A stretch of 64,000 bases of DNA from Pontiella sp. (GTDB taxonomy: Bacteria; Verrucomicrobiota; Kiritimatiellia; Kiritimatiellales; Pontiellaceae), in NCBI GenBank assembly GCA_050290185.1, contig JBNKHE010000005.1, positions 1-64,000 of the forward strand, in the 5' to 3' direction. Below the pieces are notes generated by a model. That model searched no databases and was not told the origin of the DNA. It was given only the letters and a program-made list of their open reading frames with translations. Positions within the stretch are counted from its first letter, which is position 1. Each line of letters opens with the position of its first letter. A program made the position numbers and the translations under genes. Shown here one piece after another: positions 39,884 to 50,647 of this stretch.

Positions 39884-41491
39884 ATGGGCAAGACTAACCG
39901 ACTTTTTAAACTGAATATCGAGCGTCCCCGAAACGTGAAAAACGACATTCTCTCGGGGCTGACCGTGGCTTTGGCTCTGGTTCCCGAGGCAGTGGCTTTT
40001 TCGTTTGTGGCCAAGGTTGATCCCGTGATCGGGCTTTACGCCGCATTCATGATGGGCTTGATCACGGCCATTTTCGGCGGCCGGCCGGGCATGATTTCCG
40101 GCGCCACCGGTGCCGTGGCGGTTATTTTTGCGCCCCTGATGCTGGGGCTGTATGAACAAGGCATGGATACCGAAACCGCGACGGGATACCTCTTCGCTTC
40201 CGTAATTCTTATGGGGATCATCCAGATGCTGTTTGGTGCGCTTAAACTGGGTAAGTTTATCCGACTGGTCCCGCACCCGGTCATGCTCGGGTTTGTGAAT
40301 GGATTGGCGATTATCATCTTCAAGGCGCAGTTTGAAATGTTCTATGTCGGTCATGGCGAAGAATCCCATCTGCTGGAAACGGGGCCCTTGGCCATCATGT
40401 GCGGCATGGTTGCGTTGACCATGCTGATCAGTGCCTTGCTGCCTAAGCTGACCAAGGCCGTTCCGGCGACGCTGGTTGCGATTATTTCCGTCACGCTTCT
40501 TTCGGTTCTGCTGAAGAAGACCGGCCTGTATGAGGCACGGGACGTACTGGACTTTGTTCAGAGCATGGATCCAACCAAAGAAACCATTAAAGCCGGCCTC
40601 CCTCACTTCGCTATTCCGAAAGTGCCGTTCGTCTGGGCAAACATTAAAATGATTTTGCCCTATGCAACGCTCGCGGCGGCAGTCGGTTTGATTGAGTCAC
40701 TCATGACCCTTACGCTGGTGGATGAAATCACCGAAACCCGTGGCCGCGGAAATAAGGAATGCAGGGGACAGGGACTGGCCAATATCGTAAACGGCTTTTT
40801 TGGCGGCATGGGCGGTTGCGCCATGATCGGACAGAGCATGATCAATATTCGCGGCGGGGGGCGCGGTCGTCTGTCCGGTATTTCCGCCGCACTGTTTTTG
40901 CTGACGTTCCTCCTCTTTGCCGCGCCGCTGGTGGAGATCATTCCGTTGGCCGCACTGGTGGGTGTCATGTTCATGGTGGTGATCGGAACCTTCGAGTGGT
41001 CCAGCTTCCGCATCATTCCGAGCATTCCGAAAATGGATGCCTTCATCATTATTCTGGTTTCGGCCGTCACGGTCTTTCAAAACCTCGCCATCGCCGTGCT
41101 AGTCGGCATTATCGTTTCGGCGCTGGCCTTTGCCTGGGAACACGGGAAAAAGATACACGCCAATATCATGATCGATGAGCATGGCACGAAGGTTTATAAG
41201 CTTGAAAGCGCCTTGTTCTTTGGTTCTGCCCAGTCGTTCAAGGATCTGTTCGATCCGCTGAACGATCCTCAGGATGTCGTCATTGATTTCGCGAAGGCGC
41301 GCGTCTACGACCATTCGGGGATCGAGGCGATCAACAACATTACCCAGCGCTACGCCGACCAAGGGAAGTTCCTGCACCTACTCAATCTGAGCAAGGAATG
41401 CCAGGAGTTGATGGACAAGGCCGACAACATTGTCGAGGTCAGTTTGATCGAAGACCTGGATTGGCATATCGCCGACGACCGGCTGGATTAA
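39884..41491 (+). CDS. SulP/SLC26 anion transporter with STAS domain
   Basis: GLTVALALVPEAVAF, GGRPGMISGATGA, GGMGGCAMIGQS, LFFGS. Confidence 0.93.
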   Translation: MGKTNRLFKLNIERPRNVKNDILSGLTVALALVPEAVAFSFVAKVDPVIGLYAAFMMGLITAIFGGRPGMISGATGAVAVIFAPLMLGLYEQGMDTETATGYLFASVILMGIIQMLFGALKLGKFIRLVPHPVMLGFVNGLAIIIFKAQFEMFYVGHGEESHLLETGPLAIMCGMVALTMLISALLPKLTKAVPATLVAIISVTLLSVLLKKTGLYEARDVLDFVQSMDPTKETIKAGLPHFAIPKVPFVWANIKMILPYATLAAAVGLIESLMTLTLVDEITETRGRGNKECRGQGLANIVNGFFGGMGGCAMIGQSMINIRGGGRGRLSGISAALFLLTFLLFAAPLVEIIPLAALVGVMFMVVIGTFEWSSFRIIPSIPKMDAFIIILVSAVTVFQNLAIAVLVGIIVSALAFAWEHGKKIHANIMIDEHGTKVYKLESALFFGSAQSFKDLFDPLNDPQDVVIDFAKARVYDHSGIEAINNITQRYADQGKFLHLLNLSKECQELMDKADNIVEVSLIEDLDWHIADDRLD

Positions 41492-42080
41492 TAGATATTC
41501 GGCACGAAGTTTTGTTCGGCGCGGGGAGGGCGTTTGTCGCTGCTCTCATCCGGGCAGGTGGGCAACTCGATAGAGTCGGGTGTTAAATCCTTATAGGGGA
41601 TCCGGCTGAGCAGGTGCGAGGTGCAGTTCAGGCAGGCCTTCTTCTTGTTGTCGGCCTCGACCACCCACCAGGGGCTGTCCGGAAGATCGGTATGCTCGAG
41701 CATTTCGTCCTTGGCCTTTGAATACTCCGCCCACTTTTCGCGCGACTTCAGATCCGTGGGGCTGAGCTTCTAGCGTTTGGCGGGAGTCGATGTGCGCCTT
41801 GGAAACGCTTCTTCTGTTCGTCGTCGCTGACCGAAAACCAGTACTTGATCAAGATGATTCGCGCGCGGATAAGCATGCGCTCAAACTTGGGACAGGTAGT
41901 GAAAAACTCGCGCAGCTCCGCGTCGTTGCAGAAACCCATACCCGGTCGACACCGGCGCGGTTGTTCCACGATCGATCGAACAGCACCATTTCACCGGCGG
42001 CGGGGAGGGCGGGCACATAGCGCCGGAAGAACCACTGGGTTTCTTCGGATCGGTAGGCTTTTCCTGGGCGACCACGAGGG
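41488..42080 (-). pseudogene. ppk2: Polyphosphate kinase 2 remnant (5'-truncated, frameshifted, nonsense codon)
   Basis: Fragments LPAAGEMVLFDRSW.NRAGV, MGFC...FERMLI...LIKYWFSVSD, KR*KLSP (TAG at 41770-41772) and PWWVVEADNKK in different frames. Confidence 0.9.
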
Positions 42081-42082
42081 CG

Positions 42083-42105
42083 ATGCGGAGACGGCGTCTC
42101 CGCAT
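42083..42105. repeat. REP-like palindrome at the ppk2 truncation point
   Basis: ATGCGGAGAC-GGC-GTCTCCGCAT. Confidence 0.7.
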
Positions 42106-42131
42106 TCCAAGACTGACTTTGCCTGTAAACG

Positions 42132-42159
42132 AAAAAAGCCCGGCGGGTTGCCGGGCTTT
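42132..42159 (-). terminator. Intrinsic terminator of nqr operon
   Basis: Minus strand AAAGCCCGGCAACCCGCCGGGCTTTTTT. Confidence 0.88.
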
Positions 42160-42179
42160 GAACTTTGAGTCCGGATTAA

Positions 42180-43412
42180 TTAAATGCCGAAATCGTCGGC
42201 CATGATCATTTCGGGTTCGACCCCAAGATCGTCGGCCATGTCCTTCACGCACTTGAGCATGATCGGCGGTCCGCAGAGATAGAACTCGATTTCCGTCGGA
42301 TCGGGATGCTTATCGAGATATTCGTTGAGCACGACCTGGTGGATGAATCCGGTCGGTCCTTCCCAGTTGTCTTCCGGCAGCGGATCGCTGAGTGCGATGT
42401 GGAAGGTGAAGTTCGGGAAATCTTTTGCCAACTGTTCGAACTCCTCGACATAGAACAGTTCGCGAACGGAGCGGCCGCCGTACCAGAAGGTAATCTTGCG
42501 GTCGGTACCGATGCGCTTAAGCTGGTCGTAGATGTGCGAACGCATGGGCGCCATGCCGGCCCCCCCACCGATAAAGCACATTTCGCGCTTGGTGTCCTTT
42601 GCGAAAAATTCGCCGTATGGGCCGGAGATAGTGATCTTGTCGCCCGGCTTGAGATCGAATACATAGCTGGAGCAGACGCCCGGCGGGTAGGAGGTGCCCG
42701 GCGGGGGAGACGCAATACGGATATTGAGCATGATGATGTCATCTTCCAGCGGAAAGTTCGCCATGGAGTAGGCGCGGAAGCAGGGTTCGGGATTATTAGC
42801 CACAAGATCCCACTGATTGAACTTGTCCCAGTCGCCGCGGTATTCCTCTTCGACATCGAAGGACTTGTAGGACAGATCCTTGTAGGCCGGGACGTCGATC
42901 TGGATGTAGCCGCCGGCACGGAAGTCGAGCTTTTCGCCCTTGGGCAGCTCCACCACCAGTTCCTTGATGAAAGTGGCTACGTTGTGGTTGGAGCGGACGG
43001 TACATTCGTACTTCTTGATCTCGAGAATCTCTGGCTCGATATCGAGTTTCATGTCTTCCTTGACCTTCAGCTGGCAGGCGAGGCGGACGCCTTCCTTCGC
43101 TTCGGCTTTGGTGACCTGTCCGGCTTCGGTCGGAAGCAGTTCTCCACCGCCTTCAAGCACCTTGCACTTGCACATGGCACAGGTTCCGCCGCCGCCGCAG
43201 GCGGATGGCAAGAATATCTTCTGTCCCGCCAGGGCGGTCAGTAGCGAGCTGCCGGGTTTGACTTCCAATTCGCGGTTGCCATCGTTGATGTTCAGTTTGG
43301 CGAGGCCCTGGGGAACCAGCTTTTTCGAGGCGACCATCAGCAGAGTCACCAACAGCATGATGACGAACGTGAAGACGGCGACACTGGATACAATATAGGT
43401 TACATTTTCCAT
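42180..43412 (-). CDS. nqrF: Na+-NQR subunit F
   Basis: [38 protein letters not shown]. Confidence 0.96.
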   Translation of the reverse strand: MENVTYIVSSVAVFTFVIMLLVTLLMVASKKLVPQGLAKLNINDGNRELEVKPGSSLLTALAGQKIFLPSACGGGGTCAMCKCKVLEGGGELLPTEAGQVTKAEAKEGVRLACQLKVKEDMKLDIEPEILEIKKYECTVRSNHNVATFIKELVVELPKGEKLDFRAGGYIQIDVPAYKDLSYKSFDVEEEYRGDWDKFNQWDLVANNPEPCFRAYSMANFPLEDDIIMLNIRIASPPPGTSYPPGVCSSYVFDLKPGDKITISGPYGEFFAKDTKREMCFIGGGAGMAPMRSHIYDQLKRIGTDRKITFWYGGRSVRELFYVEEFEQLAKDFPNFTFHIALSDPLPEDNWEGPTGFIHQVVLNEYLDKHPDPTEIEFYLCGPPIMLKCVKDMADDLGVEPEMIMADDFGI

Positions 43413-43428
43413 AATGTTCGTTTCCTGG

Positions 43429-44043
43429 TTACAGGTTGATGCCCGCGAAGCACATGAAGGCCATGGCCATCAGGCCGGTCATGATCATCGTTATGCCCAG
43501 GCCCTTGAGGCCGTTCGGCAGGTGCGAATAGCGCAGCTTCTTGCGGATGGCCGCCATGGATGCGATGGCCAGGAACCAGCCCAATCCAGAGCTGAACCCG
43601 AATACCGTCGACTCGGCGAGGCCATAGTTGCGTTCAACCATGAACAGTGACGCACCCAGAATCGCGCAGTTCACGGTGATCAACGGCAGGAAGATGCCGA
43701 GTGCGTGGTAGAGTTTAGGGAAAAATTTATCGAGGACCATTTCCACGAGCTGAACCATTGAAGCAATGGTTGCGATGAAGCAGATAAAGGTCAGGAAGCT
43801 TAGGTCTACGTCGCCCAGATTCAGACCCGGAACCCATGCCAGTGCACCCGGGCCCAGCAGGAAGTGGCGGATCAGCCAGTTCACGGGTACCGTGATGGTC
43901 AGAACGAATACCACTGCGAATCCGAGGCCAATGGCGGTGTCTACCTTCTTGGAACAGGCCAGGAAGGAGCACATGCCCAGGAAGTAGGCCAGCAGGATGT
44001 TTTCAACAAAAATGGCCTTAACGGCTATGCTTAAAAGTTCCAT
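43429..44043 (-). CDS. nqrE: Na+-NQR subunit E
   Basis: [25 protein letters not shown]. Confidence 0.95.
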   Translation of the reverse strand: MELLSIAVKAIFVENILLAYFLGMCSFLACSKKVDTAIGLGFAVVFVLTITVPVNWLIRHFLLGPGALAWVPGLNLGDVDLSFLTFICFIATIASMVQLVEMVLDKFFPKLYHALGIFLPLITVNCAILGASLFMVERNYGLAESTVFGFSSGLGWFLAIASMAAIRKKLRYSHLPNGLKGLGITMIMTGLMAMAFMCFAGINL

Positions 44044-44049
44044 GGTAGA

Positions 44050-44649
44050 TTAGTCCTCCACATACTTGTTGATGGTGCGCTGCAACCAGATGAGCAGCCC
44101 CAGAATGATGAATGCGCCCGGTGCCAGCAGGGCCAGACCGTTACCCATATAATGTTCCGGCAGAATCTTGAAACCAAGCCATGAGCCAAATCCAAGAAAT
44201 TCGCGGATGGAGGCCACGGCAATCAGGATGATGCCATAGCCCAATCCGTTGCCCAGTCCGTCGAGCAGCGATGCCCCCGGCGGATTCTGAAGCGCAAAGG
44301 CTTCGGCGCGGCCCATTACGATGCAGTTGGTGATAATCAGGCCAACGAACACGCTGAGCTGTTTGCTGATGTCGAACAGGTAGGCCTGCAGCAGCTGGTC
44401 GGCAATAATTACCAGCGTTGCGATGACCGCCATTTCAACAATCATGCGGATACCGCCCGGGATGACGTTGCGCAACAGCGAAATTACAAAGTTCGAAAGG
44501 GTGACCACCGATGTGAGCGCAAGCGTCATCACGATGGCCGTATCGACCTTCACGGTTACCGCAAGTGCAGAGCAGATGCCGAGCACCTGCACGGTAATCG
44601 GATTGTTGTCCGAAAATGGATCCATCAAGAGTTTTTTTGCAGAAGCCAT
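44050..44649 (-). CDS. nqrD: Na+-NQR subunit D
   Basis: [31 protein letters not shown]. Confidence 0.95.
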   Translation of the reverse strand: MASAKKLLMDPFSDNNPITVQVLGICSALAVTVKVDTAIVMTLALTSVVTLSNFVISLLRNVIPGGIRMIVEMAVIATLVIIADQLLQAYLFDISKQLSVFVGLIITNCIVMGRAEAFALQNPPGASLLDGLGNGLGYGIILIAVASIREFLGFGSWLGFKILPEHYMGNGLALLAPGAFIILGLLIWLQRTINKYVED

Positions 44650-44651
44650 GA

Positions 44652-45290
44652 TTAGTTCCCCTTAATCTGGTTGAAATAGTCAGCGTAAGCCGCGGCATCC
44701 TTGCGGAGCAGGGCCTGTACACCTTTTCCGGTGAGGGTCGCGCCGGAGATCCCGTCAACAGCATGGTCTCCCTTGGCCGCACCGGGCTTGGCGATTTGGA
44801 ATTCGGTCGGTGTGCCGTCCGCATAGAGTTTCTTTCCGGCAAACTGCTTCTGGAACCAACTCTTTTCGATTTCGGCACCCAGTCCCGGGGTTTCTCCGTG
44901 CTTGTAGAACGTCAGGCCCGCGATGGTTTCGAGATCCGATTCCAGGGCGATGTAGCCATAGAGCGTGCTCCACAATCCTTTACCGGAAATCGGAAAGGCA
45001 TACTTGGATGGTTTGTCGGAGCCGGTTTCAGTCCATGTGTAAATGGGCAGACTATCCTCTCCGGAACCGGCGGAAACCGCATTGACATGGTCTTCGAATG
45101 ATTTCTCGATCTCCGGCCGCGATATCGTGGAGATATCAATGCCAAACGCCTTGACGATGTTCCGGTGCTGGTCAAATTCCTTGTTGGCTTCCTGTAGGCC
45201 CTTGAGGCCCGCCGCCGCACCGGACAGCAGGAGGCTGCAGGTCACGCAGACGATCGCTGCAAACACCAATGTTTTAGTATCTTCACGCAT
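44652..45290 (-). CDS. nqrC: Na+-NQR subunit C
   Basis: [24 protein letters not shown]-attachment motif. Confidence 0.95.
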   Translation of the reverse strand: MREDTKTLVFAAIVCVTCSLLLSGAAAGLKGLQEANKEFDQHRNIVKAFGIDISTISRPEIEKSFEDHVNAVSAGSGEDSLPIYTWTETGSDKPSKYAFPISGKGLWSTLYGYIALESDLETIAGLTFYKHGETPGLGAEIEKSWFQKQFAGKKLYADGTPTEFQIAKPGAAKGDHAVDGISGATLTGKGVQALLRKDAAAYADYFNQIKGN

Positions 45291-46512
45291 TGTTTAAAGC
45301 CCTCGCATAAGCAGTTCTTTTCTTGATGTGAGCCTGTACGACAAAATGGTCGATCAGCGGTGCCATGACATTCATGAACAGGATCGCGAGCATGGCCCCT
45401 TCCGGATAGGCCGGATTGGCTACGCGGATCAGCACGGTCAGCGCACCAATAAGGAACCCGTAAATCCATTTTCCTGTGTTTGTGGCGGCGCAGGAAACCG
45501 GATCGGTGGCCATGAAAACAATCCCGAACAGGAATCCGCCCATGACCAGGTGGTACACAAACGGCAGCGCCGCGTATGAATTATCCAGCGGAAGGGAATT
45601 GAAAAGCAGCCCCATGGCCGCGCAACCGATAATACCACTGGCCATTACGCGCCATGAGGCGATTCCGGTCAGGATCAGGAAGCCCATTCCAAGCAGAATG
45701 GCGATAACGGAAGTCGAGCCGATACAGCCGGGAATCGTTCCCGCGGTCATCTGCCAGAGGCTGAAGCCCGCATGATTGAGCGCATCAACCGCGCTTGCAC
45801 CTTTCTCGGTTGCCGCAGCGATGGCCAAGGGGGTTGCCTGAGTTACCGCATCGACTTTATCGGAAACGGTACCGAGCAGCTTGTCAACCAACGGGGAAGC
45901 ATTAAGAGAACCGACCCAAACCGAGTCGCCGGAGATCTGCGCCGGATAGGCGAAGAAAAGGAACGCACGGGCGGTCAGTGCGGGGTTCAGAATATTGTAG
46001 CCGACGCCACCGAATATTTCCTTCCCGATCACAACGCCAAACGAGATGCCGACCGCGACCTGCCAGAGGGGAATGGTCGGGGGAAGTACCAGCGGAAACA
46101 GCATGCCGGTTACCAGGAACCCTTCGTTGATTTCGTGACGGCGGACAATCGCGAAGAGCACTTCCCAGAGGCCGCCGACCAGATACGAAACAAAGATGAT
46201 CGGAAGGACCATGGCTGCTCCGCGCAGTAGATCGGCCATCAGGGTTGGCTCAATGCCGTTGGCATTGTTGAACTGGTTTCCCGCATTCCATATACCAAAC
46301 AAGATGCAGGGAATGAGTGCGTAAATGACAAAGATCATCAACCGTTTCTGGTCGATCGAGTCGCGCACGTGCGGCGCACTCGGGGTTACATCGGCCGGGG
46401 TACGGTTAAATGTATCACCTGCTTCGAACAGCGGATAAAGCCGCTCGAATTTTCCGCCCTTTTCGAAGAGAGGGGCGATTTTTTTATCCATAAAGTCGAA
46501 CAGAAATTTCAT
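45283..46512 (-). CDS. nqrB: Na+-NQR subunit B
   Basis: HVRDSID.KR, NEGFLVT, FLFFAYPAQISGD, MATDPVS. Confidence 0.95.
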   Translation of the reverse strand: MKFLFDFMDKKIAPLFEKGGKFERLYPLFEAGDTFNRTPADVTPSAPHVRDSIDQKRLMIFVIYALIPCILFGIWNAGNQFNNANGIEPTLMADLLRGAAMVLPIIFVSYLVGGLWEVLFAIVRRHEINEGFLVTGMLFPLVLPPTIPLWQVAVGISFGVVIGKEIFGGVGYNILNPALTARAFLFFAYPAQISGDSVWVGSLNASPLVDKLLGTVSDKVDAVTQATPLAIAAATEKGASAVDALNHAGFSLWQMTAGTIPGCIGSTSVIAILLGMGFLILTGIASWRVMASGIIGCAAMGLLFNSLPLDNSYAALPFVYHLVMGGFLFGIVFMATDPVSCAATNTGKWIYGFLIGALTVLIRVANPAYPEGAMLAILFMNVMAPLIDHFVVQAHIKKRTAYARALNNA

Positions 46513-47867
46513 TAGATTCCTTCCTCCTCGATTTCTTCCAGACCTTGCTTGATGATGCCGCAGACGTCGGTCTTGTGCGGATCAACAAAGGAGGCCAGGG
46601 CGAAATCTTCCGGATCGGTTTCAAGGATGCCAAGCTGGACCATCTCTTCGGTGTCGTGGGCCAGTGCGGCGCGCACTAGATAATCGGTCATTATATTGAG
46701 TGGTTGATATTTGTCCATCCAGCCGGTAACTACCATGGCCCGATGGCTGCCATGCATGCTGGTTCCAAGCTTCCACTCGTGGCTTAAGTCCAGGAAGGAA
46801 GACAGATTGACCCGATGCGAGCTGTATTGGAACAGTCCGGGCATCGTCCAGCCAAGAAGATGGCGGGAGCGGTCTTCTTCGAGGACAAAGAATTCAGAAC
46901 CATAGTAGGGGACGCATGATTCCACCTTGATCGCGTTACCCCATAGGATATTACCCGAAACAATGCGTTTTTCACCGTCCTCCAGAGCTCCTTCGAAGAG
47001 CGGCTGCAGGTTTGCACCGATCTGTACGCGATAGTACTTGCGGGACTCCGGCTTGACGGCTGGCCCCGACAGAGCGACGACCTTGGTGCGCGGCAGCTCA
47101 CCCGTCTGGAGCAGCTTGCCAATCAGGATTACATCCTGCGCGGTAACGGTATAAACGGTATCATTGGGCAAAATCGGGTTGATGCGGTTGATGTGGACAC
47201 TGGTGTTGCCCGACGGATGTTTACCGCTGAAGGTGTGGCTTTCAGCGTTCTCAAAATCACCGACATCCGATCCGGCCGACTTGCAGAGATGTACTTTGCC
47301 TTCCGTTAGCCTGGACAGTGCATCAATACCCAGCTGAAATGCCGCTTCATCGCCTTTTAGCACCAGACCGAAGTCGGCTTGGAACGGAGCGGAATTTGCC
47401 GCATTGATGAATACGGCCTTGGGGACCGTGTCCGGGTCGGCAATCTTCGAAAACGGGCGCTGTTTGATCAAGGGCCACATTCCGCAGTCCAGCAAGTGGC
47501 CGGCCACTTGTTCGCGGGAAAGCGTCTTGATGGAATCCCTTGTAAAGGAGTCGAACGTAACGTTCTCTTCCTGAGCCGAGCGCTCGATCAGAATTTCGAC
47601 CGGGAAGCGTCGGGCTCCGAGATTGACCGCCTTGACCGTTCCGCCGCAAGGGGCGCGGAACTGCATGCGTTCATCCTTCTTGTTTTCAAACAGCACGTCG
47701 CCGCGTTTCACAGTGTCACCCGCCTGAACTTTAAGGCGAGGCTTTATTCCCTCGAATTCCGTGGGATAAACCGCGAAAAGCTGCTGATTCGCATACTCTT
47801 CAATATCAGCCTTAGGTTTCCCTAAAACCTTGATATCAAAGCCTTTTTTAATCTTGAAGTTAGCCAA
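46512..47867 (-). CDS. nqrA: Na+-NQR subunit A
   Basis: IKKGFDI, G.HPSGN, RIVSG, LGILE.DPEDFAL; TTG start with GGAG RBS. Confidence 0.93.
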   Translation of the reverse strand: MANFKIKKGFDIKVLGKPKADIEEYANQQLFAVYPTEFEGIKPRLKVQAGDTVKRGDVLFENKKDERMQFRAPCGGTVKAVNLGARRFPVEILIERSAQEENVTFDSFTRDSIKTLSREQVAGHLLDCGMWPLIKQRPFSKIADPDTVPKAVFINAANSAPFQADFGLVLKGDEAAFQLGIDALSRLTEGKVHLCKSAGSDVGDFENAESHTFSGKHPSGNTSVHINRINPILPNDTVYTVTAQDVILIGKLLQTGELPRTKVVALSGPAVKPESRKYYRVQIGANLQPLFEGALEDGEKRIVSGNILWGNAIKVESCVPYYGSEFFVLEEDRSRHLLGWTMPGLFQYSSHRVNLSSFLDLSHEWKLGTSMHGSHRAMVVTGWMDKYQPLNIMTDYLVRAALAHDTEEMVQLGILETDPEDFALASFVDPHKTDVCGIIKQGLEEIEEEGI

Positions 47868-47995
47868 GACGGGCTCCTCGTTAGGTTGTTGTTTGCATTA
47901 ATTGGGTATGTCTATACCGATTCATATGTATCGTTAAAAGCATAATTAATTATAAATTGAGTCATGTTTGTTTCCCCGGAGAGGGACTGGCGAAT

Positions 47996-48868
47996 CTATC
48001 CCGCAGAAAGATGTTTTTTCAATACCGGCTTCATGGTTTTGGTCAAAAAACGATCCCATGCCATTTGAAGATCCGGCCAGGATTTCAACTGGTCTGTAGA
48101 TTCATCAAGCAGCTTGTAGATCGCATCGGCGGGATTGGCCGGGGCCTTTTTTGTGGCCGTAATGGCCGTGGTTTTGCCTCTTTGATTGTCTGTGCCAAGG
48201 GTTTTTCCTGAAACGGCTTCGTTGCCTGATGCATCGAGTACGTCGTCAGTCAACTGGTAGGCCGTTCCCAAAATGAAGCCGGCTTCGCGCAGGGCATCGG
48301 CCTGTTCCGGTGATCCATCTCCGCCGGCGACGGCCGCAAAGGCGAACAGGGACCCGGTCTTGGCGCGGGCAATCTGTTCGCACTCTTTCCAGGTTCCCGG
48401 GGTTCCGCGAAGTACGAGTTCCTGCTCAACCTCGGAGCGGCAGACGTTGGACGACATATCGATCAACTCCTGCAGCAGATCCTGGCGGTCCACTGCAATC
48501 AGCAGGTCCAGCGCTTTGAATACCAGCAGGTCTCCAAACAGAATGGCACCGTTCACCCCGTACTTTTTCCAGAACGTCGGAGCACCCCGCCGCAGGATTC
48601 CGCCATCGATCACATCATCGTGAAGCAGGCTGGCTCCATGGATGATGTCAACGGCCGCGGCAGCATGGATCAAAACACGTTCATCGACTCCGTTGGCGGA
48701 GCCGACCGACAACGTCAGGCGCGACCGCAGCATTTTCCCGTTGCCGAGTAGATTCTTGTTGGCAGGAAGCAACTTCGTGAGGTTGGTGTTTCGCAGGCAG
48801 CCGACCATAGTTGACTGCACCTTTTTCAATTGCTTTTCAATGTGATTATGATCCGTAGACATCCGCAT
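47996..48868 (-). CDS. Trans-polyprenyl diphosphate synthase family protein
   Basis: GKMLR, HGASLLHDDVID..LRRG, KTGSLF, YQLTDDVLD; exact start uncertain. Confidence 0.9.
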   Translation of the reverse strand: MRMSTDHNHIEKQLKKVQSTMVGCLRNTNLTKLLPANKNLLGNGKMLRSRLTLSVGSANGVDERVLIHAAAAVDIIHGASLLHDDVIDGGILRRGAPTFWKKYGVNGAILFGDLLVFKALDLLIAVDRQDLLQELIDMSSNVCRSEVEQELVLRGTPGTWKECEQIARAKTGSLFAFAAVAGGDGSPEQADALREAGFILGTAYQLTDDVLDASGNEAVSGKTLGTDNQRGKTTAITATKKAPANPADAIYKLLDESTDQLKSWPDLQMAWDRFLTKTMKPVLKKHLSAG

Positions 48869-49057
48869 AATAAACCCGACCATTTTTATCATGTCAACTT
48901 TGCGCGTAAGCGGAGTTTGTATTTTAGCGGAAACCTATGGATCTCGGCCCCGGGGCGATTTGCGTCCGGCACACCGCGGCATGAATTACATAAAAATTTC
49001 TTATTTCTGGTGTCATCTCGCAGGCATCTTGGTAAAGCTGTCCGCCTTTCAAAAGCT

Positions 49058-50116
49058 ATGAACAATTCAGCGCCATCAAAAAACTGGAAATGGCAGATCG
49101 CCAACCGCATCAGTACGCTTGAGCAACTTGAGGAATACATCGAGTTGAGCGATGACGAGCGGGCCGCATTCGACACGGGCATTCCGCTCTCCTTTGCCGT
49201 AACCCCGCATTATGCAGGATTGCTGGGCAATGAAGCGCTTCGCCGAACCGTTATCCCCACCGGGCATGAGTCCCGCGTCAATACCGGGGAACTGGACGAC
49301 CCGCTGGGAGAGGAAACCCATCGTGCCACGCCGCACCTGATCCATACGTATCCCGACAAGGTACTTTTTCTGGCCACAACCTTTTGCTCGACCTATTGCC
49401 GTTATTGTACCCGGTCGCGCCTGGTCGGGAAGCAACCTGCCGATTTTCATTCGCTGGAAGAAAGCTTTGTTTATATTGAACAGCATCCGGAAATACGTGA
49501 TGTGCTTATTTCCGGTGGCGATCCATTGACCATGACGGATTCCGTGCTTGATGAACTGCTCTCCCGGATTCGGCAGATTCCACACGTACGCATGGTGCGC
49601 ATTGGCTCTAAAGTGCCTGTGGTCCTGCCCATGCGAGTCACCGATGAACTCTGCAGCATCCTGAGAAAGCATCGAGTCTGGCTCAGTCTTCATTTCATCC
49701 ATGCCGCCGAGCTGTCGGCTGAAACGGTACGTGCCTGCCGAACGCTTTCCGATTACGGAATCGGCATGGTCAGCCAAACCGTTCTCCTCAAGGGAATCAA
49801 CGACGACCGCCAGACCTTGATCGATTTGTTCTATGGTCTGCTGGAGATCAATGTGAAACCCTACTATCTTTTACAGTGCGATCCCGTCCGCGGCTCGGCT
49901 CATTTTCGTACGCCGGTGGAGAAGGGGATCGAGTTGATCCGATCCCTGCATGGCCATATTTCCGGCCTCGCCGTCCCGCAATATGTTATCGATGCTCCCG
50001 GTGGTGGGGGAAAGGTGCCGCTGCTTGGAAATGAACAAATCCGCCGCGAAGGGGGCGATGTCTTTTTCAAAAATTATGAGGGGAAAGAGTACAGTTACCC
50101 TGATTCAGCGGAGTAG
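49058..50116 (+). CDS. KamA-family radical SAM protein (lysine 2,3-aminomutase-like)
   Basis: CSTYCRYCTR, ISGGDPL, QTVLLKGIND, YVIDAPGGGGKVP. Confidence 0.92.
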   Translation: MNNSAPSKNWKWQIANRISTLEQLEEYIELSDDERAAFDTGIPLSFAVTPHYAGLLGNEALRRTVIPTGHESRVNTGELDDPLGEETHRATPHLIHTYPDKVLFLATTFCSTYCRYCTRSRLVGKQPADFHSLEESFVYIEQHPEIRDVLISGGDPLTMTDSVLDELLSRIRQIPHVRMVRIGSKVPVVLPMRVTDELCSILRKHRVWLSLHFIHAAELSAETVRACRTLSDYGIGMVSQTVLLKGINDDRQTLIDLFYGLLEINVKPYYLLQCDPVRGSAHFRTPVEKGIELIRSLHGHISGLAVPQYVIDAPGGGGKVPLLGNEQIRREGGDVFFKNYEGKEYSYPDSAE

Positions 50117-50234
50117 TTGACCGGGGAAATAGATGCGCGTCAAAAAGCCCCCTTTTTTTTTATTCAAGATTTACATAGATAAATCGTTCAAAACCCGTTA
50201 TACAGACAGCTCATTCAATTAAGGAAGTAAAGAT

Positions 50235-50438
50235 ATGGATACTGGTACAGTAAAATGGTTCAGCTCGGAAAAAGGTTTTGGCTTCATCACACCCGATGAC
50301 GGTGGAACCGATATGTTTGTTCATCACTCCGAAATTAAGATGGATGGCTATGCCTCTCTTAATGAAGGTCAGAAGGTCTCGTACACCGTTGGTCAGGGCC
50401 AGAAGGGCCCATGCGCAACGAATGTCATTCCGCTCTAA
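50235..50438 (+). CDS. csp: Cold-shock protein
   Basis: [25 protein letters not shown]. Confidence 0.96.
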   Translation: MDTGTVKWFSSEKGFGFITPDDGGTDMFVHHSEIKMDGYASLNEGQKVSYTVGQGQKGPCATNVIPL

Positions 50439-50461
50439 TTTTTAGATTAAGCTGATAGATG

Positions 50462-50487
50462 AAAAGCGCTCTACGGGGCGCTTTTTT
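50462..50487 (+). terminator. Intrinsic terminator after csp
   Basis: AAAAGCGCTC-TACG-GGGCGCTTTTTT. Confidence 0.85.
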
Positions 50488-50647
50488 CGTGCCTGCATTT
50501 CGTGGCATCCCTCAAATAAACGGGATTGCGACTGGAATGAGCACTATCTCAGTACTATTAATGGCGGTGTGAAATTGACCGCCGCAGTTTTAATATCGCT
50601 TCTCGCTGGGATGCACGGATGCGGCTGAAATTGAAAAGGATCGGAAC

